This document shows positions 1-12,788 of a stretch of DNA of 64,000 bases, in pieces. The position numbers and the translations under genes are program-made. This stretch comes from an uncultured Actinomycetes bacterium (GTDB taxonomy: Bacteria; SZUA-79; Acidulodesulfobacterales; Acidulodesulfobacteraceae). How positions within the stretch are numbered: the first letter of the stretch is position 1; every line of letters starts with the position of its first letter. The notes below the pieces were generated by a model. It had not been told where the DNA came from. It did no database searches and saw only the letters and a list, made by a program, of their open reading frames with translations. The DNA is taken from assembly GCA_964631685.1 (NCBI GenBank), contig CAZVZU010000005.1, positions 1 to 64,000 of the forward strand, read 5' to 3'.

Positions 1-2505
<2,505 letters not shown>

Positions 2506-2571
2506 TTATTTATTGTCTTTGATTCATTTACTAATTTGCTTAATTTTTCATTTGATTATTTAATAGACAGT

Positions 2572-2689
<118 letters not shown>

Positions 2690-2695
2690 TTATTT

Positions 2696-2742
2696 ACCTC
2701 GAATAATGAGTTGATATTTTTTTGCATTATTCGAGGTTTTTT
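2696..2742 (+). terminator. Rho-independent terminator of the rRNA operon
   Basis: 13-bp perfect stem ACCTCGAATAATG/CATTATTCGAGGT followed by a T-run. Confidence 0.85.
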
Positions 2743-2797
2743 ATTATGTTAGTTTGATTTTAATTGATTGTTTTAAATTTAAACTAAGCCAAATGAA

Positions 2798-3694
2798 ATG
2801 AGTTTCGTTGCATATTTTACTGACTACTATTTATTTTCGCAGTGGTATTTTCCTTTTATTTCTATTTTTGTATTTTTATTCGGGCTGTCCATAGGAAGTT
2901 TTTTAAATGTTGTCATATTTAGGGTTCCAAATAAATCATCTGTTATATTCCCTCCTTCATCGTGTCCTAAATGCGGTTCAAGAATCAAGTTTTATGACAA
3001 TATTCCAATTTTGAGTTACATCCTTTTATCGGGTAAATGCAGAGGATGTGGCAATAAAATTTCAATCATATACCCTATAGTAGAGTTACTAACCGCTATA
3101 ATTTTTTATTTATTGTTTTTAAAATATTTTTATGATGCGTATTTTTTTTACCATATAAACATCCAAACTATTGGCAACTTTAAGGATTATCTTTGGATGC
3201 AACTCTCTTATTTTTTTGTGGACAGTATTTTCGTATTTCTATTAATTGTTATAGCTTTCATAGATTTATTTCATCAAATAATACCGGATATTTTAAATAT
3301 TTTTCTGATTATTTTAGGTTTTGTTTTTAATGTAATATTGCTTCATAAATCTTTTTTATTTCCGCTGTACGGTTTTCTTGGAGCTGGACTGTTCTTTTAT
3401 TTTATAGCATTCTTTTATGAACGAATTAAAAAAATAGAAGGCTTAGGCGGAGGCGATGTTAAATTAATAGCAGGGATTGGTTCTTATATCGGCTTAAAGG
3501 GCGCAGTGTTTACTATATTTGGCGGCTCTATTTTTGCTTTGATAGGATTTATTTTATTTTTGTTATCTAAAACTAGGCTTGACGGAGTCCATTCCAAAAT
3601 ACCCTTTGGTCCGTTTCTTTCACTTGCAGCCATAACCTATTTATTCTATGGTAGTACATTGGTAACAATCTATTTGTCATTTTATAAAATGTAA
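2798..3694 (+). CDS. pilD: Type IV prepilin peptidase/N-methyltransferase (A24)
   Basis: GSFLNVVIFRVP, two CxxC pairs (CPKC, CRGC), GGGDVKL, IPFGPFL. Confidence 0.93.
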   Translation: MSFVAYFTDYYLFSQWYFPFISIFVFLFGLSIGSFLNVVIFRVPNKSSVIFPPSSCPKCGSRIKFYDNIPILSYILLSGKCRGCGNKISIIYPIVELLTAIIFYLLFLKYFYDAYFFYHINIQTIGNFKDYLWMQLSYFFVDSIFVFLLIVIAFIDLFHQIIPDILNIFLIILGFVFNVILLHKSFLFPLYGFLGAGLFFYFIAFFYERIKKIEGLGGGDVKLIAGIGSYIGLKGAVFTIFGGSIFALIGFILFLLSKTRLDGVHSKIPFGPFLSLAAITYLFYGSTLVTIYLSFYKM

Positions 3695-3818
3695 TAAATA
3701 TGGATACGGCAATAGAATACAGATTGACAAATTTGTTTTATTATGTGAAAATGCAGATGATCTGATGTAAATTAAAATAGGTTTTAATTTAATATATGTG
3801 ATATATGGAGGAATCCCA

Positions 3819-5489
3819 ATGCCTGACAGTGCAAATAATGAATCGTTAAAAACTTCAATAAACGTAGGGTTTATTTTTGCCATTATATTCCTAGCTTTAA
3901 TATTTATGTCATGGAAGGTTGCGTCGGCGTCGGTTAGAATTGGTATTTTGCCATATAAAATTATTGCACCTCATTATCATGCGTATTCCTACATTAAAAA
4001 TAGTATTCCTATAATTATAGGATCAAACCTAGCTTCTGATAATATTTTTATCGCGAGAAATTCCGATATAATTCCCTATATAAAAAAAAATCATATAGAT
4101 TTTTCAACAAAAAGTCTCATTAAACTATCGGATCATTTTAATATAGATTATTTAATTTATGGCAGAATAGTTAAGATAGGAGATACCTTCGTTATACAGA
4201 CCAATATATTTAACATCCATAAGAGGAGCATTGTTTACAGAAAAACAGTTCAAGTGCTCGGAACTAAATTTATAATAAAGGATATGAACAACCTATCTTT
4301 TATTCTTAAAAAAAGAATCTTATCTTTATCAAGGGTAGCCACAGTCAAAAATAATACAAATACAGCCAAATCGCCACATGTGTCAAGGGTTCAAAATAGT
4401 GTTTTTATGAAGAGTTTTAGTCAAAACAGCAAGGGTCTTGTAACGACCAGAACAATGGATTTCTTAATGCATACTTTGGTTACGGGAAGATTTTTATCTA
4501 AGGGTATCCAGACTGTGGTGGCTACAAATAATAGGGTTATTTTATACAATCTTTCAATGGATGGTAAGTTAACCAAGATCGGTCAGTATAATTTGTCGTT
4601 AAGGTCTAATGTCATATATCTTGGTTTTTTAAAAATTTCTGCCAATAGTAACGCAATAGTCTTAACTAAGGCGAAATTAGGCACAATAACATCTTACTTG
4701 TTAGTCTATAGGAATGGAAAACTATTAAAACTTACCGGCGATTATAATCTTTTTTTAAGGGTTATGAGCATAGGTAATGCAAGAAATATTTTGGTCGGAC
4801 AAGAGCCAATTGCGGTTACTGCTTCAGGAAGATATTTTGGAGCCGTAGGTCAAAACTCTTATCCTATAGGGCAATTTGGGGGGAGCACCTATATATATAA
4901 ATTCAATAAAGACACAAATGCGCTAATAAGAACGCAAAAATTGCCGATTTATAACGACATAACATTATACGGTACTGTTTATGGAAATATTAAGGGTAGC
5001 GGAGAAGATTACTTATTAGCACTATCTAACTCCGGTAATTTAATGCTAATAAATAGTAAAGGAAAGACTATATATATGGGTTCAAAAACATATGGAGGTT
5101 CACCCTTACAGGTCAGCGTTTCATCCTCTAACGGTGCAAATAGCGCAACATATGCGGATAGTCTGATATACAACATTCCTACTCGGCTTACAAAATTTTA
5201 TAAAACAGGCAATGAAAAGTTGCAAGTTGTTGTTTTAAAGAATTATGGACAGATTAGATTTATGCGCAATCTTAATTATTATACTAAAAGTTCAATATAT
5301 AGCATTGCATGGAATAATATCGGCTTTTATCCTGTATGGGAAATAAAACCTATAGCGGGATACAGTGCGGGTTTTTCAATATTCAGGATAAATAAAAGTG
5401 TCTATCTGGCGGACGGAATAGTGAAGAATCCGGGTTCTGTATTCACAAAACCGAAGAGTTGTATAGTCATTTATAAGATTGAAAATTAA
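3819..5489 (+). CDS. Exported protein with TolB-N/CsgG-like N-terminal domain and probable FG-GAP/VCBS-like beta-propeller
   Basis: ATG at 3819 preceded by GGAGG; N-terminal hydrophobic segment; DYLIYGRIVKIG motif; beta-rich C-terminus. Domain call is by recognition only. Confidence 0.55.
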   Translation: MPDSANNESLKTSINVGFIFAIIFLALIFMSWKVASASVRIGILPYKIIAPHYHAYSYIKNSIPIIIGSNLASDNIFIARNSDIIPYIKKNHIDFSTKSLIKLSDHFNIDYLIYGRIVKIGDTFVIQTNIFNIHKRSIVYRKTVQVLGTKFIIKDMNNLSFILKKRILSLSRVATVKNNTNTAKSPHVSRVQNSVFMKSFSQNSKGLVTTRTMDFLMHTLVTGRFLSKGIQTVVATNNRVILYNLSMDGKLTKIGQYNLSLRSNVIYLGFLKISANSNAIVLTKAKLGTITSYLLVYRNGKLLKLTGDYNLFLRVMSIGNARNILVGQEPIAVTASGRYFGAVGQNSYPIGQFGGSTYIYKFNKDTNALIRTQKLPIYNDITLYGTVYGNIKGSGEDYLLALSNSGNLMLINSKGKTIYMGSKTYGGSPLQVSVSSSNGANSATYADSLIYNIPTRLTKFYKTGNEKLQVVVLKNYGQIRFMRNLNYYTKSSIYSIAWNNIGFYPVWEIKPIAGYSAGFSIFRINKSVYLADGIVKNPGSVFTKPKSCIVIYKIEN

Positions 5490-5507
5490 AATTTAATTTG
5501 ATATACT
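5479..5507 (+). promoter_or_regulatory. Sigma70-type promoter for tRNA-Met
   Basis: TTGAAA-17 bp-TATACT ending 27 bp before the tRNA. Confidence 0.6.
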
Positions 5508-5534
5508 ACTACATCATTCGGTCTGATATCTCAA

Positions 5535-5611
5535 GGCGGTGTAGCTCAGTCGGTTAGAGCATACGGCTCATATCCGTAGTGTCAGAGGTTCAATTCCTCT
5601 CACCGCCACCA
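5535..5611 (+). tRNA. tRNA-Met (CAT), elongator type
   Basis: Cloverleaf GGCGGTG...CACCGCC-ACCA; anticodon arm TACGG-CTCATAT-CCGTA; paired 1:72 argues against initiator. Ile2 not fully excluded. Confidence 0.92.
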
Positions 5612-5622
5612 TTTTTCGTATA

Positions 5623-6765
5623 TTATGTAACCTGATTGCCAGTTGTAACTATATTTTCCGATAAGATGTTGATTATTTTTTCGGAAGAGTTACCGTCCCC
5701 GTACGCATTAAAGCGTTTGCTCATATTTTTGTACCTAAATTTATTCGTAATCAGATCAATTGTCTCTTTTACGATTTTATTTTTATCGGCGCCGACGAGG
5801 ATAGACGCGCCAGCTTCTACAGCTTCGGTGCGCTCCGTTGAATTACGCATGACAATAACCGGTTTTCCTAGGAAAGGTGCTTCTTCTTGTATGCCGCCAC
5901 TATCCGTTAGCACTAAAAACGATTTGTGCATGAGCCATATCATATATTGATACTCGAGAGGCTCAATAAGAAATATGCGCGGAATATTTCCAAGCATTCT
6001 ATGCACGGTCTTTCTTACATTGGGATTAAGATGAACTGGATAGATAATCTGAATATCTTCATGCGAACTTGCGATTTCTTTCAATGCTTCGCAAATATGC
6101 TCAAATCTATTTCCAAAATTTTCCCGCCTATGACCTGTTACTAAAATAATTTTTTTAGAAAAATCCAAAAAATTAAAAAATTCCTTATATATCTTATCCC
6201 CAGTTGCTTTTATGATATTAATACCTGATAACAATGCATCAATAGCAGTGTTGCCGACGACATAAACATTATTTTTTATACCCTCATTAAAGAGATTGTT
6301 TTTTGCTCTTTCGCTGGGTGCAAAATGATAATTTGCAATGCGACTAATTAATATTCTATTGATCTCTTCAGGAAACGGAGAATATTTACGATGACTTCTC
6401 AATCCAGCTTCTACATGAACTACACTTATTTTTTTATAGAATCCGGATAGAGCTCCGGCAAATGCCGTTGTTGTGTCTCCCTGAACTACTATAATATCAG
6501 GTGGTTCCTTTTCAATTAACGGTTTAAGCGCTTTAAGCGCATCTGCCGTGATATCAAATAGGGATTGATCTTGTTTCATTAAATTTAGGTCGTAATCTAT
6601 TGTCAAGTTAAAGAAATTTACGACCTGCTTAAGCATTTGTCTATGTTGCCCTGTTACGCATACCCTTACATCAAAAAGATCGGACATTTTTGATTTTAGT
6701 ATAAGTGGTGCGAGTTTAATAGCTTCAGGACGAGTGCCCAAAATAAACAATATTCTCTTACTCAA
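5623..6765 (-). CDS. wecB: UDP-N-acetylglucosamine 2-epimerase (non-hydrolysing)
   Basis: GTRPEAIK, TGQHRQM, QGDTTT, HVEAGLRS, PFPEEINR, TDSGGIQEEAP; TTG start directly after the upstream TAA. Confidence 0.95.
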   Translation of the reverse strand: MSKRILFILGTRPEAIKLAPLILKSKMSDLFDVRVCVTGQHRQMLKQVVNFFNLTIDYDLNLMKQDQSLFDITADALKALKPLIEKEPPDIIVVQGDTTTAFAGALSGFYKKISVVHVEAGLRSHRKYSPFPEEINRILISRIANYHFAPSERAKNNLFNEGIKNNVYVVGNTAIDALLSGINIIKATGDKIYKEFFNFLDFSKKIILVTGHRRENFGNRFEHICEALKEIASSHEDIQIIYPVHLNPNVRKTVHRMLGNIPRIFLIEPLEYQYMIWLMHKSFLVLTDSGGIQEEAPFLGKPVIVMRNSTERTEAVEAGASILVGADKNKIVKETIDLITNKFRYKNMSKRFNAYGDGNSSEKIINILSENIVTTGNQVT

Positions 6766-7716
6766 TTAGCCTCCTATTTTATTTATGAATTTATTTATCT
6801 TTCCCTCAGTTAAAATGTACATTATCTTTTGCTCAGGTGCGAATATATCCGTTTTGTCTTTGTAGATAGATTCAAACTTATCCCACAGATATATTGGGGA
6901 TACAGAAGAATGATCATTCGCGATATCATATAAAATTGGAAATAATTGCGCAAAAGCGTCGGGGTAATAAACGGACCACTTTGAATAGCGTTTCTTACCG
7001 CGAATAATTGCCCAGTCAAAATTATGTCGTCGATGGTTAAAAAGGTTCTTTATGATGGCATTTTTTATTGATTTTTTTATATCTCTGTAACGGTTATATT
7101 CTTTGCCAAATTTATTTCCAGTTATTTTAAGTATAGCAAGATATGATTTGATACCTTCATAATCTTCACAGTTGTCCATCAGGTATTCCTCATCTTTGTT
7201 AGGTAATGCTTTTATGAGTCCGTTGTTAGAATCCTGCAAATATGGAATAATATATGCGACATCTTTTAATCTTGGAAATATATAGTTAATTGTCTTTATA
7301 TCCTTTGTTTTTTTATAGTACTCGTAAATCATAGTGAGATATGTTGCTGCATAGCTATCAGCCGAATCATAAGTTTTAGCAGATCTTTCGCTGTGTCCCG
7401 ATTTAGATATCACGTAATCGTACATTGTTCCGGTAAGACCAAATTTATCCGGATAATTGAGATGCCTATAGTACCAAAGTATATAATGCCTTACGATTTC
7501 AATATTTTTATTTTTTTTTAAAAAATACAACGCTATTATGTTGTCGGTGTACGGAACAATATAATATTTTTTGTTATACTTTATTCTTATGCCATAAAAC
7601 CTGCTCCATAATGTTAATGCAGGGTTGCTACGTTGGGTGGCGGCATATACGGGAATAAATATAAAATTAAGGATTATCAGTATTATCAATGCCCTTAAAA
7701 TCAATAGTGTCTTCAT
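6766..7716 (-). CDS. Exported protein, putative six-hairpin glycoside-hydrolase-like
   Basis: Signal peptide from ATG 7716 (GGGG SD-like); acidic motifs YDSADSYAA and YLMDNCEDY; located in a polysaccharide locus. Confidence 0.5.
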   Translation of the reverse strand: MKTLLILRALIILIILNFIFIPVYAATQRSNPALTLWSRFYGIRIKYNKKYYIVPYTDNIIALYFLKKNKNIEIVRHYILWYYRHLNYPDKFGLTGTMYDYVISKSGHSERSAKTYDSADSYAATYLTMIYEYYKKTKDIKTINYIFPRLKDVAYIIPYLQDSNNGLIKALPNKDEEYLMDNCEDYEGIKSYLAILKITGNKFGKEYNRYRDIKKSIKNAIIKNLFNHRRHNFDWAIIRGKKRYSKWSVYYPDAFAQLFPILYDIANDHSSVSPIYLWDKFESIYKDKTDIFAPEQKIMYILTEGKINKFINKIGG

Positions 7717-9550
7717 GTAAATCCCCATAAAAAGATATATAGTAATAATTTTTACCCTCGTCAACCGTATATTTGCTATTTATATCCGGTTTTATGATAC
7801 GATTTTTGGGCAATGCAACGGTAATTCCTTTGAGTCCGTCCTTATTTTTTATAAATAACCTAATAGAACCATTTTTTAAAGACACGAAAGAAAATTTAGT
7901 TTTCAAGAATCTCAATATAAATTTGGCAAAATAAGCCATCGGTTCGACAATCAATTTCCCCTGTTTTTGTTTTTTTTCCATATAATCAACGAAAAGTTTC
8001 ATTGCTTTCGTATAGTGGTACATCCATATGTCATAAGGATGCGAGTACCATAACCTGACAACCCTGTTTCTAATACAATAATCTACAACTTTTTTTTGCC
8101 AGCTAAATACCTCTGCATCCGATTTACCGGCCTCTCTTAATTCGTAAAGAGAAGCAATGTCCCCGTCTATTAAGACCGGAAATGCTATAACCTTACGAGA
8201 TATCATTTTACCGTTCCAGAACATCCTAGTGGGTCCTGAATTTATACTTCCGGTATAGTAGGTTGCTATCATCCCTAATTTTGCGAGGATTTCAGTTGAT
8301 ACTGGCTGAGGAAAAACACCCTCCGCAGGCATATATTCCAGTATCTTGTAACCGGTTATGCTTTGCAGGCACTGATTATTTTTTTTGATGAGTTCATACA
8401 TTTTTTTTTCATTAAATTTTCCATTTAAAACATTCCTGAACCAATAGTTATGAGTCCAACCACCATCTGTGCCTATAATCCCGTATGGAAGCAACATCTT
8501 AATATAAATTCTGTTTTTTCCGCACGCACCTACGCCCCTTCCATCTCCGGGATGGTCTTCGAAATCCCCTGCTGATATATCGAATGAAAATTTCAAATTT
8601 TTTCTAAGAATACGATTCTTTATCATATAAAGAATACTCTTGCCCGCTAAATAGTTTTCTATATGCCAGTTTACAACTAATCCGCCCTTTCCGTAAGGCG
8701 TATAAAGCAAATGCGGTATTTTTACGATCTTATATAGGAATGTCCCGATAAATGCCTTAATTAAAAGCCCGTTTGAGGCATATCCCTTAAGATGTCCTAG
8801 TTGCAAATCGACGTACAATATTTGTCCCTTGCCATATGATTTTAGTACGATGGCGGGGAATTTTTTGCCGTTTTTTGTTACGCCGTAGGCATATATTGTT
8901 TGAGCATTAGGGTTTAATGTAGCAGTGTATGCCATTGAAAAATTAAGTGGCCCATATTGGTATCCGCTTAAAAATTTATCAATCATACTTCCTTCCGGTA
9001 TTTGAAAAAAATTAGCACTGTTCTTGCTTGCAAACATTAAATTGGCGGATACATAGGATCGCTTGGTTATTTTATTATACAAGATGTAATTCAAGCCGAT
9101 GATACTCGAAAATACACCTCTTTTTTTATAGAGACCCTCTTTGTTTTTTGTTCCGGCGTTATAAATCACGGCAATATTCCCACCGTTTCGCAAATAGTTT
9201 TTTGCCCAAAATTCTATAGAGGAAGGGAGTTCCTGATCTGACATATCCGGAAATATAACTGCAGGCACATTTTTACTACTGGAAAGAGGATCGAAAGATA
9301 TAAGGTCGGAACAACTTATTATTTTAAAGGCGACTCCTTTTTCTTGCAAGACGCTCGCGTAAACGGATAAAATAGACTTATCATCTGGAGTCATTGATGT
9401 GCCATATACCAAAAGAACCCTTATATTTTTAATCTTATGAAATTTCTCGTATTTTAAGACGCGGTTATAGCTGTAATAAGTAATAGGCACAATAATCAAT
9501 ACAATTAAAAGAGTAATAAATATAGCCTTTATAGTTTTATTTTTTTTCAT
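7667..9550 (-). CDS. Membrane-anchored polysaccharide deacetylase-like protein (C-terminal NodB/CE4-like domain)
   Basis: N-terminal TM helix; GGLVVNWH, GGWTHNYW and WYSHPYD segments resemble CE4-like barrel motifs. Confidence 0.6.
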   Translation of the reverse strand: MKKNKTIKAIFITLLIVLIIVPITYYSYNRVLKYEKFHKIKNIRVLLVYGTSMTPDDKSILSVYASVLQEKGVAFKIISCSDLISFDPLSSSKNVPAVIFPDMSDQELPSSIEFWAKNYLRNGGNIAVIYNAGTKNKEGLYKKRGVFSSIIGLNYILYNKITKRSYVSANLMFASKNSANFFQIPEGSMIDKFLSGYQYGPLNFSMAYTATLNPNAQTIYAYGVTKNGKKFPAIVLKSYGKGQILYVDLQLGHLKGYASNGLLIKAFIGTFLYKIVKIPHLLYTPYGKGGLVVNWHIENYLAGKSILYMIKNRILRKNLKFSFDISAGDFEDHPGDGRGVGACGKNRIYIKMLLPYGIIGTDGGWTHNYWFRNVLNGKFNEKKMYELIKKNNQCLQSITGYKILEYMPAEGVFPQPVSTEILAKLGMIATYYTGSINSGPTRMFWNGKMISRKVIAFPVLIDGDIASLYELREAGKSDAEVFSWQKKVVDYCIRNRVVRLWYSHPYDIWMYHYTKAMKLFVDYMEKKQKQGKLIVEPMAYFAKFILRFLKTKFSFVSLKNGSIRLFIKNKDGLKGITVALPKNRIIKPDINSKYTVDEGKNYYYISFYGDLHEDTIDFKGIDNTDNP

Positions 9551-9700
9551 TTATATTTCCCTTAAAAAACAGAAGTGTCTATCTTTTCAGGTTGCCTCCA
9601 TTTTCTAAATAGATCTTAATTGATTATACCGTAATTTTATCTATTTTAAGCAAAAATAAATAGTTTTAGTCGTGATAATGATTTTTCTGAAATTAAACAA

Positions 9701-10741
9701 CTACCGAACGATGCCTATTCCCTCCGTTAAAGCAAAACCGTAAATGGTAACATTATTACCAATCGTCAATTTCTTTTTTGCTATCACGGACTTGACCTCG
9801 CCGACGTGTCCCACGCGGACACCCTCAATCTCAATCTCTTCTTGTGAAAATATATTGCCGGTTATTTCTATATTCCCGTTCATGATTATAGTATTGTCAG
9901 ATATCACATTCCCTGTAATGTTAACTTTTTTTTCCGTTTTTATTATTACGTTTCCACTTGCCTTTATGTTGCCATTTATAGTGAATTCGTCTCTAATTTC
10001 TATATTCCCGTTTGTTATTAGGTTGCCTTTTACGGTGGTGGGTTTATCGTGTACTATATCCTCATTCATTATTTTGTTAAAATATGTTAGAACAATGTGG
10101 TTGTCAGTGTGTTTTTTTTCGTCTCTTGATATGTCGTAATCTGTAGAAAATATGTTGTTGAAAGTTGAAATAGGATTACCAAAAAGGCGCCTAAACTCAC
10201 AGTCCTTAGACAATTGCAGCTCTTTCCCGCAAGAGACGCTTATCCCGAGATTAATTCCTTCTTCTGTCTTAATATTGCCATCTACATCAAGCCATCTTAT
10301 TATTTTTGTGTTTCCTGTTAGCTCTACATCTTTATCAACTAACGCCGCACGAATCAAATTATTGCGTCCAAACGATGCATTGCCAGTAACATAAATTTCT
10401 TTGTTAAAAATATTATTGTTTTTTGCAATCAAATCGCCAGAAATAAGCAGGATATGTTCAAAAATTTTTTTATCAGGATTAAAATTAAAACGTATAACCT
10501 CTATTTTTTCTAAACCAGATGATAATTTTACTTCAGCTATATTTTTTTTAAATTTCGCTTTCTTGAGAGAATTCCTTAATATTTTCCTGAATGACTTACC
10601 AAAATACCGAGCATCCTTAGAATACCCCATTTTTATAAACATCGGCTTGTCGTCAGTTGGCCTTAAAAGTTCTATTATGCCAGGAATAAAAGGCATGGTT
10701 ATGAAAATTGCAAATATCAGAATTAATATAACAAAATTCAT
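9701..10741 (-). CDS. Membrane-anchored beta-helix (bactofilin/polymer-forming-like) protein
   Basis: N-terminal TM; repeated [IV]xGN[ILV] units (VKGNL, INGNI, ITGNV, MNGNI, ITGNI); 4-bp overlap with the GT2 stop. Confidence 0.6.
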   Translation of the reverse strand: MNFVILILIFAIFITMPFIPGIIELLRPTDDKPMFIKMGYSKDARYFGKSFRKILRNSLKKAKFKKNIAEVKLSSGLEKIEVIRFNFNPDKKIFEHILLISGDLIAKNNNIFNKEIYVTGNASFGRNNLIRAALVDKDVELTGNTKIIRWLDVDGNIKTEEGINLGISVSCGKELQLSKDCEFRRLFGNPISTFNNIFSTDYDISRDEKKHTDNHIVLTYFNKIMNEDIVHDKPTTVKGNLITNGNIEIRDEFTINGNIKASGNVIIKTEKKVNITGNVISDNTIIMNGNIEITGNIFSQEEIEIEGVRVGHVGEVKSVIAKKKLTIGNNVTIYGFALTEGIGIVR

Positions 10742-12015
10742 TTTCCAGTAGCCTTATAGTCTCTGTACCGTTTTGTCTTATGCCATGTGACTTTTCTATT
10801 ACTTATCGCATCAATGACTGATTCTATAAAACCCTGAGAAATAAACCATAAATTAAATATAAAAATGAAGAAGAAAAATGGCAACAAGCGTATTCTATAG
10901 GAAGTTCTGTCTAAAAAGGCTCCAACTCCTATTTGATAAAATGGGGCGAAGCTTCCGAAAGTTACATACATTCCTATTAATAAGTATATAATGACATAAT
11001 TTAATAGATTCATCTCGCCTAAAAAAAACAATACGATAGAATCTAATATACCCAATAAGAAAATAAATGGAATTAAATACATAAAAAGTAAAAGAGTTCC
11101 ATCTAATTTCTGATAAAAATTTAAATGTTTTGATTTTATAACCGGACAAAGATATTTAAACAAGACCCCGTTGTGCCCTCTTGACCACCTTTTAATTTGA
11201 TTTGCTCTTACTTTCCATTCTTCCGGCGCCTCTTCGTAGCATTCTAAACGATTGGCGTAAGCTACATCCCATCCATTGATGAATAAACGAAATGTTAGTT
11301 CGGTATCTTCGGCAAGAATTTTTTCATCGAATCCGCCTAAGGCAAGTACTAATTCTTTTCGGAAACCGCCGACCGTTCCACCATATTGAGGGATAAGCCC
11401 GAGATTATACCTTGCTTGTTGGTCAACTTGGTAGCCGCCTGTTCTTTCCAAATCTAGTAGCCGGGTTAGTAAATTCTTTCCGGTATTGATAAGCATTACT
11501 CTTCCCATTACACTAGCAACCTTGGGATCTTCAAAGGCAACAACTAAATCCCTCACCATACCCTTTGAAGGAAGATAATCCGCATCAAAGACCAGTATTA
11601 TATTCCCCCTTGCGATTGTTAATGCTTCATTTAGAGCAGGCACCTTGCCCCTATTTTCGCTTTCCCTATGAATAGGGTTTATAAAGGGATACCTTAAGGC
11701 GTAAGAATCAAGTATTGCCCTTGTTTTGTCTGTTGAGCTATCATTTACAGGTATTATCTCCATCTTAGACCTTGGATAATCTGATTTTGTTAATAAATCT
11801 AGTATGTGGGGCGCGGTTCTCTCCTCATTGTACATTGGAATAATAATTGATACCATGGTAAATGTGGAGTCTAGTATATCCCTATAGTATAATTTTTGTT
11901 CGCCAAATATGCGATTAAATGTGAAAAGATTATGTCTAAATGCATAAATTACCATAACCAATATCACAAGTAACATATAAATCTTCAAAATAGTTATGAC
12001 AATCAATATAGCCAC
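10738..12015 (-). CDS. Processive family-2 glycosyltransferase (PgaC/IcaA/cellulose-synthase-like)
   Basis: IPMYNEE, VNDSSTD, FDAD (DxD), AEDTEL and QIKRW (QxxRW); flanking TM helices. Confidence 0.9.
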   Translation of the reverse strand: MAILIVITILKIYMLLVILVMVIYAFRHNLFTFNRIFGEQKLYYRDILDSTFTMVSIIIPMYNEERTAPHILDLLTKSDYPRSKMEIIPVNDSSTDKTRAILDSYALRYPFINPIHRESENRGKVPALNEALTIARGNIILVFDADYLPSKGMVRDLVVAFEDPKVASVMGRVMLINTGKNLLTRLLDLERTGGYQVDQQARYNLGLIPQYGGTVGGFRKELVLALGGFDEKILAEDTELTFRLFINGWDVAYANRLECYEEAPEEWKVRANQIKRWSRGHNGVLFKYLCPVIKSKHLNFYQKLDGTLLLFMYLIPFIFLLGILDSIVLFFLGEMNLLNYVIIYLLIGMYVTFGSFAPFYQIGVGAFLDRTSYRIRLLPFFFFIFIFNLWFISQGFIESVIDAISNRKVTWHKTKRYRDYKATGK

Positions 12016-12779
12016 TGTCCTTCTCCCACGCTATTTTTATTTTTTTCCGATATCAAGCTTAGATAATAAGAATAAATGCCGACTATGTATATAAAATCAA
12101 CCAAGGGTCCTAATGCAAAAAATAGTGTGGACATAAATACGAAAGAAAATTTTTGCAATATATACAAGAATAAAATATACCTGACAACGGCAAACATGAT
12201 TGAATAAATTATTGTGGCAATGGATACTAAAAATTTTGACAAAATATTAGATGGAACAGAAATCAATGCCATTGCGAGGATGAGTGGTATAAAAAACCAT
12301 ATAGCTACTTCCGTTTTCATATATAAATCTGAAAAAATTGTGATATCGTACGGAAATTGAAACGGGATTAAAACAAAGAATATCGACGATATTACGTTTA
12401 TCAATAATATGTATATTAAATATAAAAAAATAGGTTTAAAAATATGTTTTTTTGAAAGCGCTAATGCAACAATAAGGGCAAGAAAAGAAAGTAAAAAAAA
12501 TAAGAGATAAAATAACGGTGAATGCAATAATGTGTGCGTCGATACTATGTATAAGTGTGAAAGAATATAGTCTCTTTGTAATATGCTTATTTTTTCCTTA
12601 ATGAAATATCTTGAAAGAATCAGCGCGGAAAATTTACTAATGTAGAGAGTTATCACCGGATAAAGAAGCAACACAAGTAAGACGGGGGATAAAAGAACCA
12701 CACTTTCAAAAAAAACTTTTTTTTTGGAAAATAGCCGCTTCCTATAAGCACGGTGATAGAATATAGTTTCTTTTATCAT
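12003..12779 (-). CDS. Polytopic inner-membrane protein of unknown function
   Basis: About 6 hydrophobic segments; overlaps the GT2 start by 13 bp. Confidence 0.75.
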   Translation of the reverse strand: MIKETIFYHRAYRKRLFSKKKVFFESVVLLSPVLLVLLLYPVITLYISKFSALILSRYFIKEKISILQRDYILSHLYIVSTHTLLHSPLFYLLFFLLSFLALIVALALSKKHIFKPIFLYLIYILLINVISSIFFVLIPFQFPYDITIFSDLYMKTEVAIWFFIPLILAMALISVPSNILSKFLVSIATIIYSIMFAVVRYILFLYILQKFSFVFMSTLFFALGPLVDFIYIVGIYSYYLSLISEKNKNSVGEGQWLY

Positions 12780-12788
12780 TTAGATCTA

